From the NCBI GenBank assembly GCA_905234265.1, contig CAJOHJ010000011.1, positions 12,635 to 76,634 of the forward strand: a stretch of DNA of 64,000 nt. Reading direction: 5' to 3'. How positions within the stretch are numbered: position 1 is the first letter of the stretch; the number at the start of each line of letters is the position of its first letter. This DNA comes from an uncultured Prevotella sp. GTDB lineage: Bacteria; Bacteroidota; Bacteroidia; Bacteroidales; Bacteroidaceae. Shown piece by piece: positions 43,293-53,405 of the stretch. The notes below the pieces were generated by a model. The model was not told the origin of the DNA. It ran no database searches and was given only the letters and a program-made list of their open reading frames with translations. Made by a program: the position numbers and the translations under genes.

Positions 43293-46200
43293 ATATGAAA
43301 TACAACATATTTGACAACTGGCAGACAGTGAGTCAGCGACTCGCCCTCTGCATGGTGGGCTTGGCGTTGCTTGCCACACCGTCGATGGCTCAGAGCGACG
43401 ACGATGACCTTGAGTCGACAGAGACCACCATCAAGAAGCCTGTTATAAAGGCCAAGGCTGCAAGCTATCCTACTGTTACGGTAAAGGGAACGGTCATCGA
43501 CCAGGCCACCAAGAAGCCTCTTGCCGGCGTGCAGCTGCAGGCTTTGGGATACATCCGCTATACGGCCATGACCGACGAGAATGGTAATTTCAGCATCAAG
43601 GTGCCAACCTTTTCCACGGCTCTCTATGCACATTCTCCTCAGTACATGTCGCAGCAGATCGGCATTATTGCCGGCGACAGCACGCAGACGGTTAGCATAA
43701 AGATGCTCCCTGAGCGATTCCAGAGCATGTACGGCGCCGGCACTGACTACACTGCCAAGCGCACGGCTCAGATAGACCGCTTTGGAGTGACTGTCGACAA
43801 CGAAGTGTCTGGAAAGCTTGGAGCAGATGTCCGCAGCATCCTGCGTTCTGGTGCTGTTGACGGCGGTGCAGCAATGTTCGTCCGCGGTATTAACAGCATC
43901 ACCTCCGACGCACAGCCTCTGGTCGTCGTCGACGGTATCGAGCTTGACATGCAGCGCGACCGCTATTCGCTGCACGACGGACAGTTCAACAACATGCTGG
44001 CCAATATTGCTCCTGACGACATCGAGAAGGTTACCGTTCTTAAGAATGCCACAGCCCTCTACGGTGCCCGCGGTGCCAACGGTGTGATACTCATCGACAC
44101 CAAGCGCGGCAAGTCGATGGCAACCCGCATTGATGCCAACATCAGTGTAGGTGTTACCACCGTTCCCAAGCTGCCAACCATGATGAATGCCTCTCAGTAT
44201 CGCCGCTATGTCACCGATATGCTCGGCACCATGGACGTCATGAAGGACCGTCAGGTAGACTTCCGCTTTATGAACGACGACCCCAACGGCTACTATTATC
44301 ACACATATCATAATGATACCGACTGGTCTGATTATGTCTATGAGTCAGCAATGACCCAGAACTACAGCATTAACGTTCAGGGTGGTGACGATATAGGTAT
44401 GTACAACCTGTCAGTGGGCTATGTTGATGCCAAGTATGCCGCCAAGGCCAACAATTTCGACCGCATGAACGTGCGCTTCAACACCGACATCAAGATACTT
44501 TGGAACCTTGAGACCAAGTTCGACATCAGCATTTCCCGCACCAACAATGAAGTTCTTGACAATGGTATGCTTGCCGACTTCTCGTCAGCCACGGTAGTAT
44601 CACCCACAGCACTTGCACTTATCAAGTCGCCGCTGCTGTCGCCTTACCAGTACAACAAACTGCTCAACGGCGGCCAGGGAGGCTTCTCGACATTGTACTC
44701 ACCTGCTGACGACCTTTTCCAGCAGGTAAGCAACAACCATGCCTACGACCTGGCTAACCCGGTATCAATTCTTGACTATGCTTCCGGCGACAACAAGAAC
44801 AAGGCAGAGAACACATATTTCAATGTTCATCTGACTCCTGTTTACAGGATTTCTCCTGATTTCCGCCTCTCTGCATTGGTCAGCTATACTCTGAACCGTA
44901 ATGCCCAGCGTTACTATCGTCCTTACACCGACGTGCCTTCGTTCAACATTCCTGGTGTAGGCCGCGTTTATGCCAAGACACAGTCGCTGTTCTCCAAGGA
45001 GAATAACTTCGTCGGCAACCTTCAGCTCGACTGGAAGCACCAGTTCGGTGCCCACAGCCTTGCAGCATACGTTGGCGGCCGCTACAACATGTTCTCATTT
45101 GACAGCAACGACGTGGCTGTGCAGCACACCAGCGAAACCAGCGATAAGAACCCGTCGCTCGGCAACGGCGGCTACCGCGACATCACAGGTGCCAACGATG
45201 AGTGGAAGCAGATACAGTGGTATGGTAATGTAGACTATAACTACATGAACCGCTACTTTGTCACCTTCTCTCTGCTTGGCGAGGCCAACAGCCGCTTTGG
45301 TGAAAATGCCGACGGCCTCAGCCTGTTCGGTGTCAAGTGGGGCATCTTCCCGAGCCTGCAGGCAGGTTGGGTGCTGACCAACGAAAGCTGGTTCCCCAAG
45401 ACCAACCTTGTCAATTATCTGCGCGTGAATGCCGGCTACGACATCAGCGGCAACGACGGCATCTCCAACTATGCTGCGCGTACCAGCTACACCACCGTCC
45501 GCTATAATGCCTCGGCCATCGGCACCCAGCTTACCAACATCGGTAACGATAAGATCCAGTGGGAAGAGACAAAGAAGTTCAACGTCGGCCTGCAGAGCTA
45601 CCTGTTCGACAACCGCGTTGGTCTCAGCTTCGACTACTTCATCCACAAGACCGACAACCTGCTCACTCTGAAGAGCTTCTCCAATCCTATTGCCGGCATC
45701 AACCGCTACTGGAGCAACGGCGGTTCTCTTGAGAACACAGGCTATGAAGTCGGCCTCACCGTCAAGCCAGTAGTCAGCAAGGACTGGAACGTCGAGATTG
45801 GTGCTACTATCGGTCACTACAAGAATGAAGTCACCGAGCTTCCCGACGGCAGCTTCACCACTTCCGTCTTTGGCGACAACAATATTCTGACAGCCGTTGG
45901 CAATCCCGTGGGAGTGTTCTATGGCTACAAGACCGCAGGAGTGTTCTCCAGCGACGAGGAAGCTTCCAAGGCATACAATGGCAATGCCTACATGACAATG
46001 GTTGACAATACAGGTACTCCCCACAACTTCATGGCTGGCGACGTCCGCTTTGTCGACATCAACGGCGACGGAGTTATCAACGATGCAGACAAGGCCATCA
46101 TAGGCGATCCTAACCCCGACATCTATGGCAACATCTTCGCCACTGTCAGCTGGAAGGACTTCACGTTGTCCCTTGGCTTCAACTATTCTCTTGGCAACGA

Positions 46201-46609
46201 TGTCTACAACTACCAGCGCTCAGTGCTTAACTCTGGTTCCACCTTCTACAACCAGCAGGTTGCCGAGGTAGGCCGCTGGCGTTACGAAGGCCAGCAGGCA
46301 GAGCTGCCACGTGCCAACTTCGGCGATCCGATGGGCAACAACCGCTTCAGCGACCGTTGGATAGAAGACGGCTCTTACCTGCGCCTGAAGACTCTCAACC
46401 TCAGCTATCGCGTTCCTGTTCCCGGCTCATGGACATGGCTTCAGGGCCTCACCGTCTGGGCAGAGGCACAGAACCTGCTGACGTTCACAAAGTATAAAGG
46501 CAGCGACCCAGAGTTCTTCAATGGCAGCACAGTGTTCTATCAAGGCATAGACACAGGCAACCTGCCCCACAGCCGTGTGTTCACTGCTGGTGTGAAGATT
46601 AATCTGTAA
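43289..46609 (+). CDS. SusC/RagA family TonB-dependent outer-membrane transporter (second copy)
   Basis: ATGA overlap with the upstream gene, carboxypeptidase-regulatory-like domain, IEKVTVLKNATALYGARGANGVILIDTKRG, and terminal VKINL. Confidence 0.92.
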   Translation: MNMKYNIFDNWQTVSQRLALCMVGLALLATPSMAQSDDDDLESTETTIKKPVIKAKAASYPTVTVKGTVIDQATKKPLAGVQLQALGYIRYTAMTDENGNFSIKVPTFSTALYAHSPQYMSQQIGIIAGDSTQTVSIKMLPERFQSMYGAGTDYTAKRTAQIDRFGVTVDNEVSGKLGADVRSILRSGAVDGGAAMFVRGINSITSDAQPLVVVDGIELDMQRDRYSLHDGQFNNMLANIAPDDIEKVTVLKNATALYGARGANGVILIDTKRGKSMATRIDANISVGVTTVPKLPTMMNASQYRRYVTDMLGTMDVMKDRQVDFRFMNDDPNGYYYHTYHNDTDWSDYVYESAMTQNYSINVQGGDDIGMYNLSVGYVDAKYAAKANNFDRMNVRFNTDIKILWNLETKFDISISRTNNEVLDNGMLADFSSATVVSPTALALIKSPLLSPYQYNKLLNGGQGGFSTLYSPADDLFQQVSNNHAYDLANPVSILDYASGDNKNKAENTYFNVHLTPVYRISPDFRLSALVSYTLNRNAQRYYRPYTDVPSFNIPGVGRVYAKTQSLFSKENNFVGNLQLDWKHQFGAHSLAAYVGGRYNMFSFDSNDVAVQHTSETSDKNPSLGNGGYRDITGANDEWKQIQWYGNVDYNYMNRYFVTFSLLGEANSRFGENADGLSLFGVKWGIFPSLQAGWVLTNESWFPKTNLVNYLRVNAGYDISGNDGISNYAARTSYTTVRYNASAIGTQLTNIGNDKIQWEETKKFNVGLQSYLFDNRVGLSFDYFIHKTDNLLTLKSFSNPIAGINRYWSNGGSLENTGYEVGLTVKPVVSKDWNVEIGATIGHYKNEVTELPDGSFTTSVFGDNNILTAVGNPVGVFYGYKTAGVFSSDEEASKAYNGNAYMTMVDNTGTPHNFMAGDVRFVDINGDGVINDADKAIIGDPNPDIYGNIFATVSWKDFTLSLGFNYSLGNDVYNYQRSVLNSGSTFYNQQVAEVGRWRYEGQQAELPRANFGDPMGNNRFSDRWIEDGSYLRLKTLNLSYRVPVPGSWTWLQGLTVWAEAQNLLTFTKYKGSDPEFFNGSTVFYQGIDTGNLPHSRVFTAGVKINL

Positions 46610-46644
46610 CAACAATATGCACATAATAATAAATATTGAAAATT

Positions 46645-48615
46645 ATGAACATGAAAAATATCATAAAGCGGGGATGGCTGTGGGTTCTTGCAGCTCTGCT
46701 TGTCGCATCCTGCTCTGACATGCTTGAGACCGACTCTACGCGTCAGAACATTGATCCGGACATCACTGCCAAGACCGACTCCGTGTTCTATTCCTTTGGC
46801 ATTCTGCAGGCTCTGCAAGAACTTGCCGACCAGTATGTTTTCCAGGGCGAGATGCGTGGCGACCTTGTTGATGTTACACGCTATTCCGACAACAACCTGC
46901 GCCAGCTGTACGACTACAGTGCTGGCACCGACAACAAGTACGACTCGGCCTACGTCTACTATCGTGTCATCAACAACTGCAACTACTACATAGCCCATTG
47001 CGACACCAACCAGTACAGCGGCTCTACCAATGTTGTCATCAACAAGTATGCCGCCACCAAGGCCATCCGTGCATGGGCTTACCTGCAGCTTGCACGCAAC
47101 TGGGGCAAGGTGCCATTCTTCACCGAGCCTCTTACTCAGATTTCCGACATCGACCGCAACTATCCGGAGCTTTCGCTTGAGGAAATCGTAGATCGTCTGG
47201 CTCCAGACTTGGAGTATTACACTGGCATGAGGACCCCGGAACTTGGCTTTAGCGGTAACAGCGCAACAGGTATCGGCAGTCCTAACTGGGAAAGCACAGC
47301 AAAGCTGATTGCTCCCTGGACATGTTTCATCCCTGTCGATGTCGTCTTGGGTGACATGTATGCAGAGGCTGGTCGCTATGGTGAGGCTGCCAAGCATTTT
47401 ATCACCTACCTTACCAAGGTGTGTCCCACGGTGAGTCCTGATGTTCTTCGCTACAGCCAGTACACAGCCCCCTTGGCGGAAGACTTTGCTAAAACTATCA
47501 GGGGAATAGAAGAGGACATTCCGAGCCGCTCTCAGATTAGTGTAACAAATGACCATCTGTCATGGTCTGGCATTTTCGGCCGCAACTCCTTAGGTGACCT
47601 TGTCTCACTCATTCCCATGGCCACCACTTCTCAGAACGGCAAGACCACCAATGTGCCTCTTGCTTTCGGCTTTAACTATTATGCCACTTCCGAGGAGCGT
47701 GAGCGCAGCACTCCCTATGTTGACGAGATACAGATTGTGCCTTCATCCATTCTCAAGCAGCTTTCAGACTCCACGGAGTACTACTACTATGCAGCCTACC
47801 AGAACCAGAGAGATCCGTATGACACTATTGCCATCTGCCGTGCTGGTGACATGCGTCTGCGCAGCATCCAGAATTATGAATATGTAATCTCCACCGACTC
47901 CCTCACTCTGTGGTATAACAAGTATAAGTATGCCAACATTCTTCTCTATCGTGTCAGCACCATCTGGCTGCGCCTGGCAGAGTGCTTCAACCGTCTCGAC
48001 ATGCCTGATGTTGCCTTTGCAATCCTGAAGGACGGCATCAACGAGTTTATGCTTCAGCGCGACGACAACGGTGAGTATACAATGCCTTACCTCAGCAACT
48101 ATAGTCGCCAGCAGCTGCAGACAGTCTATCCGCTGCTCAGCACAGAGAATCTTAACCTGTTCTCCAAGGAGAGAACCTGCGGCATTCACATTCATGGTGC
48201 AGGCCGTGCCGTGAGCAACTATCCTGGCGGCACCAGCAATCAGTCGGCAACTTACCATTCATACCTGAAGGTTCGTCTTGACGAGAATGGCGACACCGTA
48301 AAGGTTAATGACAAGCCAGTCTACGACGACCGTCACCCCTACAACTTCGACCGCATCGTCGGAAAGAAGCTTGCTGAGATTGCCAAGTATACCACTGTTG
48401 GCACTACCCGTCAGGACACCATCAATGCCATGGAAGACATCATCTGTGACGAGTATGCCCTGGAGACAGCCTTCGAGGGCAACCGCTACTTCGACCTGCT
48501 GCGCCTTGCCAAGAACAAGGACCGCGCCGGTGTCTACAGTGGCGACCAGTGGCTTACGCAGAAGCTTGGCTACAAGGGCTGGACTCCTGCCAAGAAGTAC
48601 TTACCGTTTAAATAA
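46645..48615 (+). CDS. SusD/RagB family surface lipoprotein (second copy)
   Basis: Lipobox VASC, plus RAWAYLQLARNWGKVPFF and ETAFEGNRYFDLLRL. The first ATG is taken as start; a TTG at 46636 is also possible. Confidence 0.85.
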   Translation: MNMKNIIKRGWLWVLAALLVASCSDMLETDSTRQNIDPDITAKTDSVFYSFGILQALQELADQYVFQGEMRGDLVDVTRYSDNNLRQLYDYSAGTDNKYDSAYVYYRVINNCNYYIAHCDTNQYSGSTNVVINKYAATKAIRAWAYLQLARNWGKVPFFTEPLTQISDIDRNYPELSLEEIVDRLAPDLEYYTGMRTPELGFSGNSATGIGSPNWESTAKLIAPWTCFIPVDVVLGDMYAEAGRYGEAAKHFITYLTKVCPTVSPDVLRYSQYTAPLAEDFAKTIRGIEEDIPSRSQISVTNDHLSWSGIFGRNSLGDLVSLIPMATTSQNGKTTNVPLAFGFNYYATSEERERSTPYVDEIQIVPSSILKQLSDSTEYYYYAAYQNQRDPYDTIAICRAGDMRLRSIQNYEYVISTDSLTLWYNKYKYANILLYRVSTIWLRLAECFNRLDMPDVAFAILKDGINEFMLQRDDNGEYTMPYLSNYSRQQLQTVYPLLSTENLNLFSKERTCGIHIHGAGRAVSNYPGGTSNQSATYHSYLKVRLDENGDTVKVNDKPVYDDRHPYNFDRIVGKKLAEIAKYTTVGTTRQDTINAMEDIICDEYALETAFEGNRYFDLLRLAKNKDRAGVYSGDQWLTQKLGYKGWTPAKKYLPFK

Positions 48616-48660
48616 CCTGTTCAGACAGCACCCGCTGGCAGTGTGGGTGTTACCGGTCTT

Positions 48661-51015
48661 ATGCTCTATGCTGACGTAATACTCCCGCTGCCGTTAGACG
48701 GTTTCTTCACATACGCCCTCCCCGACGGAATGTCCGTCAGGGAGGGCATGCGTGTTTTAGTACCCTTGGGAAAGAGCAAGAAGTATGTAGGCGTAGTAGC
48801 CCGTCTTCACGACCGCCAGCCCGAGGGCTATCAAGTCAAGCCCATCCTCCAGGTCATGGATGCCACGCCGGTGGTTACACGGCGGCAGCTGCAGCTGTGG
48901 CGGTGGGTCAGCGACTACTACATGTCGCCCATCGGCGAAGTCTACAAGGCTGCGCTACCTGCCGGACTGAAAGCCGAGGAGGGCTACCGCCCCAAGACGG
49001 AGACCTACGTGCGCCTCACTCCGCAGTATCAGAATGCTGCCGCCCTTCACATAGCCCTCAACATGCTGTCGCGCGCCAAGAAGCAGCTCGATGCGTTCTG
49101 CTGCTTTCTGGAGCTGTCGGGCTGGGAGAATGCTGAAAGTCATGGTGACGCGGCTTCGGGTAGTGGCGTGGAGCCGCCATTGAAGATTGCAGAGGTGACC
49201 CGTGAGGAACTGCTCAACGCCTCCGGTGTTTCCGCCGACATTGTTCAGCAGCTGATAAAGCGGCAGATGTTGGAGCTTTACGAGGTTGAGGTAGGGCGGC
49301 TGAATTCCGGCGGCGACTATCATCCAGAGCTTATAAAGCCGCTGACCGTTCCGCAGCAGGATGCCTACAACCGCGTGCTGATGGCAATGATGAGCCGCCA
49401 GGTGACGCTGTTGCACGGTGTCACCGGCAGCGGCAAGACGGAGATTTACATCCATCTCATCCAGCAGGCCATCCAGCGTGGCGAGCAGGTTCTTTACCTG
49501 CTGCCCGAGATAGCCCTCACCGTGCAGATGATGCAGCGCCTGCAGCGCGTCTTCGGCGACCGGCTGGGCATCTATCACTCGCGCTACAGCGACGCCGAGC
49601 GCGTGGAAATCTGGCAGCGCCAGCTCTCCGCTCATCCCTACGACATCATTCTCGGCGCACGCTCCGCAGTCTTCCTGCCCTTCCAGCGCTTGGGACTGGT
49701 GATTGTCGACGAGGAACACGAGACCTCCTATAAGCAGCAGGACCCTGCACCGCGCTATCATGCCCGCAGTGTTGCCATCATGCTGGCGGCGCAGATGAGG
49801 AGTGATGATTGCGAACGGAGAAACGGCGCAGGGGGAGAGCCAGACGGCGGCCAGCGAGGCCCTCGTGTGCTTCTCGGCACAGCCACGCCCTCCCTTGAGA
49901 GCTATCACAATGCCAAGACCGGCAAGTATGCCCTTGTGGAACTGAAGGAACGCTATCAGGGCATGGAAATGCCCGAAATACGGGTTGTCGACACTGCCGA
50001 CCTTGCGCGCCGCAAGATGATGTCCGGTCCTTTCTCACCTTTATTATTATCGCGCGTGCGCGAGGCTATCGAGAGCGGTCAGCAGGCCATCATCTTCCAG
50101 AACCGCCGCGGCTATGCTCCCGTCATCGAGTGCTCCCAGTGCGGCTGGGTGCCTACCTGCCAGCACTGCGACGTGCCTCTGACCCTGCACCGGCAGATGC
50201 AGCAGCTCACGTGCCACTACTGCGGCTTCACCTATCGCGTTCCCGAGGAGTGTCCCTGCTGCGGCAGCCGCGACCTGCGCACACGCGGATACGGCACAGA
50301 GAAGATAGAGCTGCAGGTGCGCGAGGCCTTCCCCGAGGCACGCATAGCGCGCATGGACCTTGACACCACGCGCACCCGCAATGCCTATGAGCGCATCATC
50401 AGCGACTTCTCCGCAGGGCGCACCAACATTCTCATCGGCACCCAGATGATCAGCAAGGGGCTCGACTTCGACCGTGTGGCCGTGGTGGGCATTGTCAATG
50501 CCGACGCCATGCTCAACCAGCCCGACTTCCGTGCCTACGAGCATGCCTTCACAATGATGTCGCAGGTCAGCGGGCGTGCCGGCCGCAAGCATCAGCGCGG
50601 CCTGGTCATCCTGCAGACAAAGCAGAAAGACCTGCCCGTCATACGGCAGGTAGTGCATAACGACTATGGCGCATTCTACCGGACGCTCATTGCCGAGCGT
50701 CAGCAGTTCCGCTATCCTCCATACTGCCGGCTCATCTACGTCATGCTGAAGCACCGCACCGACAGCACCGTCGAGACTGCCGCCATAGAGATGGCCTCGC
50801 GGCTTCGCGGCCTGCTCGGCGGCCGAGTGCTGGGTCCCGACAAGCCTGCCGTTGCCAAGGTGAAGTCGCAGAACATCCGCAAGCTGGTGCTGAAGCTGGA
50901 GCCGGGCCTCGACATGGCGCGGGTGCGCAGCTGCCTGCGCGCCGAGCAGCAGCAGATGATGGCCGACAAGCGCTATGCCTCGCTGCAGATATACTTCGAC
51001 GTAGACCCCGGATGA
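48661..51015 (+). CDS. priA: Primosomal replication restart helicase PriA
   Basis: YADVILPLPL start, Walker A GVTGSGKTE, DEEH box, and a four-CxxC zinc region (CSQCGW, CQHCD, CHYCG, CPCCGS). Confidence 0.92.
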   Translation: MLYADVILPLPLDGFFTYALPDGMSVREGMRVLVPLGKSKKYVGVVARLHDRQPEGYQVKPILQVMDATPVVTRRQLQLWRWVSDYYMSPIGEVYKAALPAGLKAEEGYRPKTETYVRLTPQYQNAAALHIALNMLSRAKKQLDAFCCFLELSGWENAESHGDAASGSGVEPPLKIAEVTREELLNASGVSADIVQQLIKRQMLELYEVEVGRLNSGGDYHPELIKPLTVPQQDAYNRVLMAMMSRQVTLLHGVTGSGKTEIYIHLIQQAIQRGEQVLYLLPEIALTVQMMQRLQRVFGDRLGIYHSRYSDAERVEIWQRQLSAHPYDIILGARSAVFLPFQRLGLVIVDEEHETSYKQQDPAPRYHARSVAIMLAAQMRSDDCERRNGAGGEPDGGQRGPRVLLGTATPSLESYHNAKTGKYALVELKERYQGMEMPEIRVVDTADLARRKMMSGPFSPLLLSRVREAIESGQQAIIFQNRRGYAPVIECSQCGWVPTCQHCDVPLTLHRQMQQLTCHYCGFTYRVPEECPCCGSRDLRTRGYGTEKIELQVREAFPEARIARMDLDTTRTRNAYERIISDFSAGRTNILIGTQMISKGLDFDRVAVVGIVNADAMLNQPDFRAYEHAFTMMSQVSGRAGRKHQRGLVILQTKQKDLPVIRQVVHNDYGAFYRTLIAERQQFRYPPYCRLIYVMLKHRTDSTVETAAIEMASRLRGLLGGRVLGPDKPAVAKVKSQNIRKLVLKLEPGLDMARVRSCLRAEQQQMMADKRYASLQIYFDVDPG

Positions 51016-51060
51016 GACAGTAAAATTTTCACTTTTCACATTACCCTTTACCCTTAACAC

Positions 51061-53109
51061 ATGAAGATAAACGTAAAAGAACATAGCGGATGGCGCGACA
51101 TTCTGACACATGTCGCCCTGGTGCTGACGACGGTAGTCATAGTGGTGTGGACGATGCCCCGCGACAAGAGTACCTACTTCTTTGCCGAGCAGGGCAAGCC
51201 GTGGAAGTATGCTGCCTTCACGGCCCCCTACGACTTTCCCGTCTACAAGACCGAGGAGGCCATCCGCGAGGAGCGCGACAGCGTGCTGCGCGGCTACGAG
51301 CCGTACTACCGCTACAACAGCGACACCGAGCAGCGCATGGTCCGCAAGTTCACCGCCGACTATGCCGACGGCATCGAGGGCCTGCCGCCGCAGTATGTCC
51401 AGACGATAGCCTCCTGCCTGCGTGCCGTCTATCGCCGTGGCATCATCGACCAGAAAGACTTTGCCACCCTCTTTGGCGACACCGCGGCCACCATCCGCAT
51501 CGTCAACGGCAAGGAGGCCGTCAGCACCGGCGTCGGCGAGCTGCTGTCGCCGAAGGGTGCCTACGAGCGCCTGTTCGAAGACGACCGCCTGGCCCAGCAG
51601 CGCACACTGCTGCAGCGGTGCAACCTTAACGACTACATAACCCCCAATCTCATCTACGACCGTGAGCGTTCCGAGAGCAGCCGCAACGAGCTGCTTTCCG
51701 GCGTGGCACTGGCCAGCGGACTGGTGCAGAAAGGCCAGAAAATCGTCGACCGCGGCGAGATTGTCACCGACAAGACCTACCGCATCATCGAGTCCTTCCG
51801 CCGTGAGAACGAGCGGCGCAACGCCGACATCACCAACACGCGCATTTCGCTGCTCGGCCAGACCGTCTACGTAACCATACTCATGGTGTGCTTCGTGCTT
51901 TACCTTGCGCTCTATCGTCGCGAGTATTTCGAGAAGCTGCGCAACATCACCATGCTCTATGCGCTGATCATCATCTTCTCTGTGTTCACGGCAGTCTTCA
52001 TGCGCAACACGTTCATACATGTCTACATACTGCCATATGCAATGGTGCCTATCTTCATCCGCGTGTTCATGGACTCGCGGACGGCATTCATGACCCACAT
52101 CATCATGGTACTCATCAGTGCCACCATGCTGCAGCACCCCTACGAGTTCATAGTCATCGAGACCGTCGCCGGACTGGTGGCCATCACGTCGCTGCGCGAA
52201 CTCTCCGAGCGCTCGCAGCTCTTCAAGACCGCCCTGCTGGTGACGCTGGCGGCAATGGGCGTCAACCTGGCCTTCGACTGGATGCGCGCCGACGCCATCA
52301 CGCAGATAGACTATTCCACCTACAACTACCTCATGGCCAATGGCATTGCACTGCTCTTCGCCTATCCGCTGCTCTACGTCATCGAGAAAGCCTTCGGATT
52401 TACCAGCGACATAACGCTCATCGAACTCTCCAACACCAACAACGAGCTGCTGCGCAGCATGAGCGAGATAGCCCCCGGCACCTTCAACCACTCCATACAG
52501 GTGGCCAACCTGGGCAGCGAGATAGCCAACAAGATAGGCGCCAAGGCACAGCTGGTGCGCACGGGAGCCATGTACCACGACATCGGCAAGCTCTCCAACC
52601 CGATATACTTCACCGAGAACCAGTCGGGCATCAATCCCCACGAGACGCTCTCGGAGATAGAGTCGGCGCAGATCATCATCAGCCACGTCACCGAGGGACT
52701 GAAGATGGCCGACAAGTACAACCTGCCGCACGTCATTCGCGATTTCATTGCCACCCACCACGGGCAGGGCAAGGCCAAGTACTTCTACATACGCTACAAG
52801 CAGGAACACCCCGACGAACCCGTCGACGACCTGCTGTTCACCTATCCCGGTCCCAATCCGTTCACGCGCGAGCAGGCCTGTCTCATGATGGCCGACACCG
52901 TGGAGGCTGCCTCGCGGTCACTGCCAGACTATACGGAGCAGTCGATACGGCAGCTCGTCGAGAGAGTCATCGACGCGCAGGTCAGCGAGGGCTACTTCCG
53001 CGACTGTCCCATCACCTTCCGCGACATTCAGTATGCAAAGACCGTGCTGATAGAGAAGCTGAAGACCATCTACCACACGCGCATCAGCTATCCCTCGGAG
53101 AAGAGTTGA
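51061..53109 (+). CDS. 7TM receptor with intracellular HD/HDIG hydrolase domain (PgpH-like)
   Basis: Extracytoplasmic N-domain, seven predicted transmembrane helices, then H..QVANL...MYHDIGK...ATHHG HD-domain motifs. Confidence 0.85.
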   Translation: MKINVKEHSGWRDILTHVALVLTTVVIVVWTMPRDKSTYFFAEQGKPWKYAAFTAPYDFPVYKTEEAIREERDSVLRGYEPYYRYNSDTEQRMVRKFTADYADGIEGLPPQYVQTIASCLRAVYRRGIIDQKDFATLFGDTAATIRIVNGKEAVSTGVGELLSPKGAYERLFEDDRLAQQRTLLQRCNLNDYITPNLIYDRERSESSRNELLSGVALASGLVQKGQKIVDRGEIVTDKTYRIIESFRRENERRNADITNTRISLLGQTVYVTILMVCFVLYLALYRREYFEKLRNITMLYALIIIFSVFTAVFMRNTFIHVYILPYAMVPIFIRVFMDSRTAFMTHIIMVLISATMLQHPYEFIVIETVAGLVAITSLRELSERSQLFKTALLVTLAAMGVNLAFDWMRADAITQIDYSTYNYLMANGIALLFAYPLLYVIEKAFGFTSDITLIELSNTNNELLRSMSEIAPGTFNHSIQVANLGSEIANKIGAKAQLVRTGAMYHDIGKLSNPIYFTENQSGINPHETLSEIESAQIIISHVTEGLKMADKYNLPHVIRDFIATHHGQGKAKYFYIRYKQEHPDEPVDDLLFTYPGPNPFTREQACLMMADTVEAASRSLPDYTEQSIRQLVERVIDAQVSEGYFRDCPITFRDIQYAKTVLIEKLKTIYHTRISYPSEKS

Positions 53110-53140
53110 GAGGTGAGAGTTGAGAGGTGAGAGGTGAGAG
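53106..53140 (+). repeat. 7-bp microsatellite (KTGAGAG)x5 starting on the stop codon of the 7TM-HD gene
   Basis: TTGAGAG GTGAGAG TTGAGAG GTGAGAG GTGAGAG, with no C in 35 nt. Confidence 0.95.
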
Positions 53141-53158
53141 CTGAAAAAGCATCTTATT

Positions 53159-53242
53159 GAGATAATTTTATAAGTCATAGAGATAATTTCGTAACATGCA
53201 GAGATAATTTCGTAACTCGCAGAGATAATTTTGCGAATGTCT
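53159..53242 (+). repeat. 21-bp-phased repeat array, copy E (4 direct units)
   Basis: Units at 53159, 53180, 53201 and 53222. The two central units differ only in the linker (ATGCA versus TCGCA). Confidence 0.9.
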
Positions 53243-53300
53243 CAGCGGTTGCAAAAAATGGCAGACAGACAATTTTGCGTGTAAAAAAGACATTCATTTA

Positions 53301-53342
53301 CTGCACACTTTTGCGCGTTTGTGCAAGAAGTGTGCAGTTTTT
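53301..53342 (+). terminator. Intrinsic terminator-like hairpin
   Basis: CTGCACACTT-17 nt-AAGTGTGCAG (perfect 10-bp stem) followed by TTTTT. Confidence 0.6.
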
Positions 53343-53397
53343 AGTTAATTTTACTTAATTAGCATTGCACTTTTTTCGCCCGAATGTGCAATAGGCG

Positions 53398-53405
53398 TAC
53401 CTTTG
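53398..53405 (+). promoter_or_regulatory. -7 box TACCTTTG for the FadL-like gene
   Basis: TAnnTTTG match 44 nt upstream of the ATG at 53449. The palindrome ATTGCAC-N15-GTGCAAT (53364-53392) lies immediately upstream. Confidence 0.5.

Noticed and set aside
49795-49866. Gly/Arg/Asp-rich ~18-aa insertion in PriA (and an Ala/Gly-rich insertion in WaaA near 57695-57760)
   Set aside because: These are probably lineage-specific surface loops in GC-rich genomes. They show no repeat structure and no evidence of function.
50047-52809. 920-aa ORF on the minus strand, the longest antisense ORF in the window
   Set aside because: It lies entirely antisense to priA and the 7TM-HD gene, both of which have clear catalytic motifs. 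Its translation is low-complexity (A/G/V/L/H-rich) with no recognisable domain. This is the typical stop-poor shadow frame of GC-rich coding DNA.
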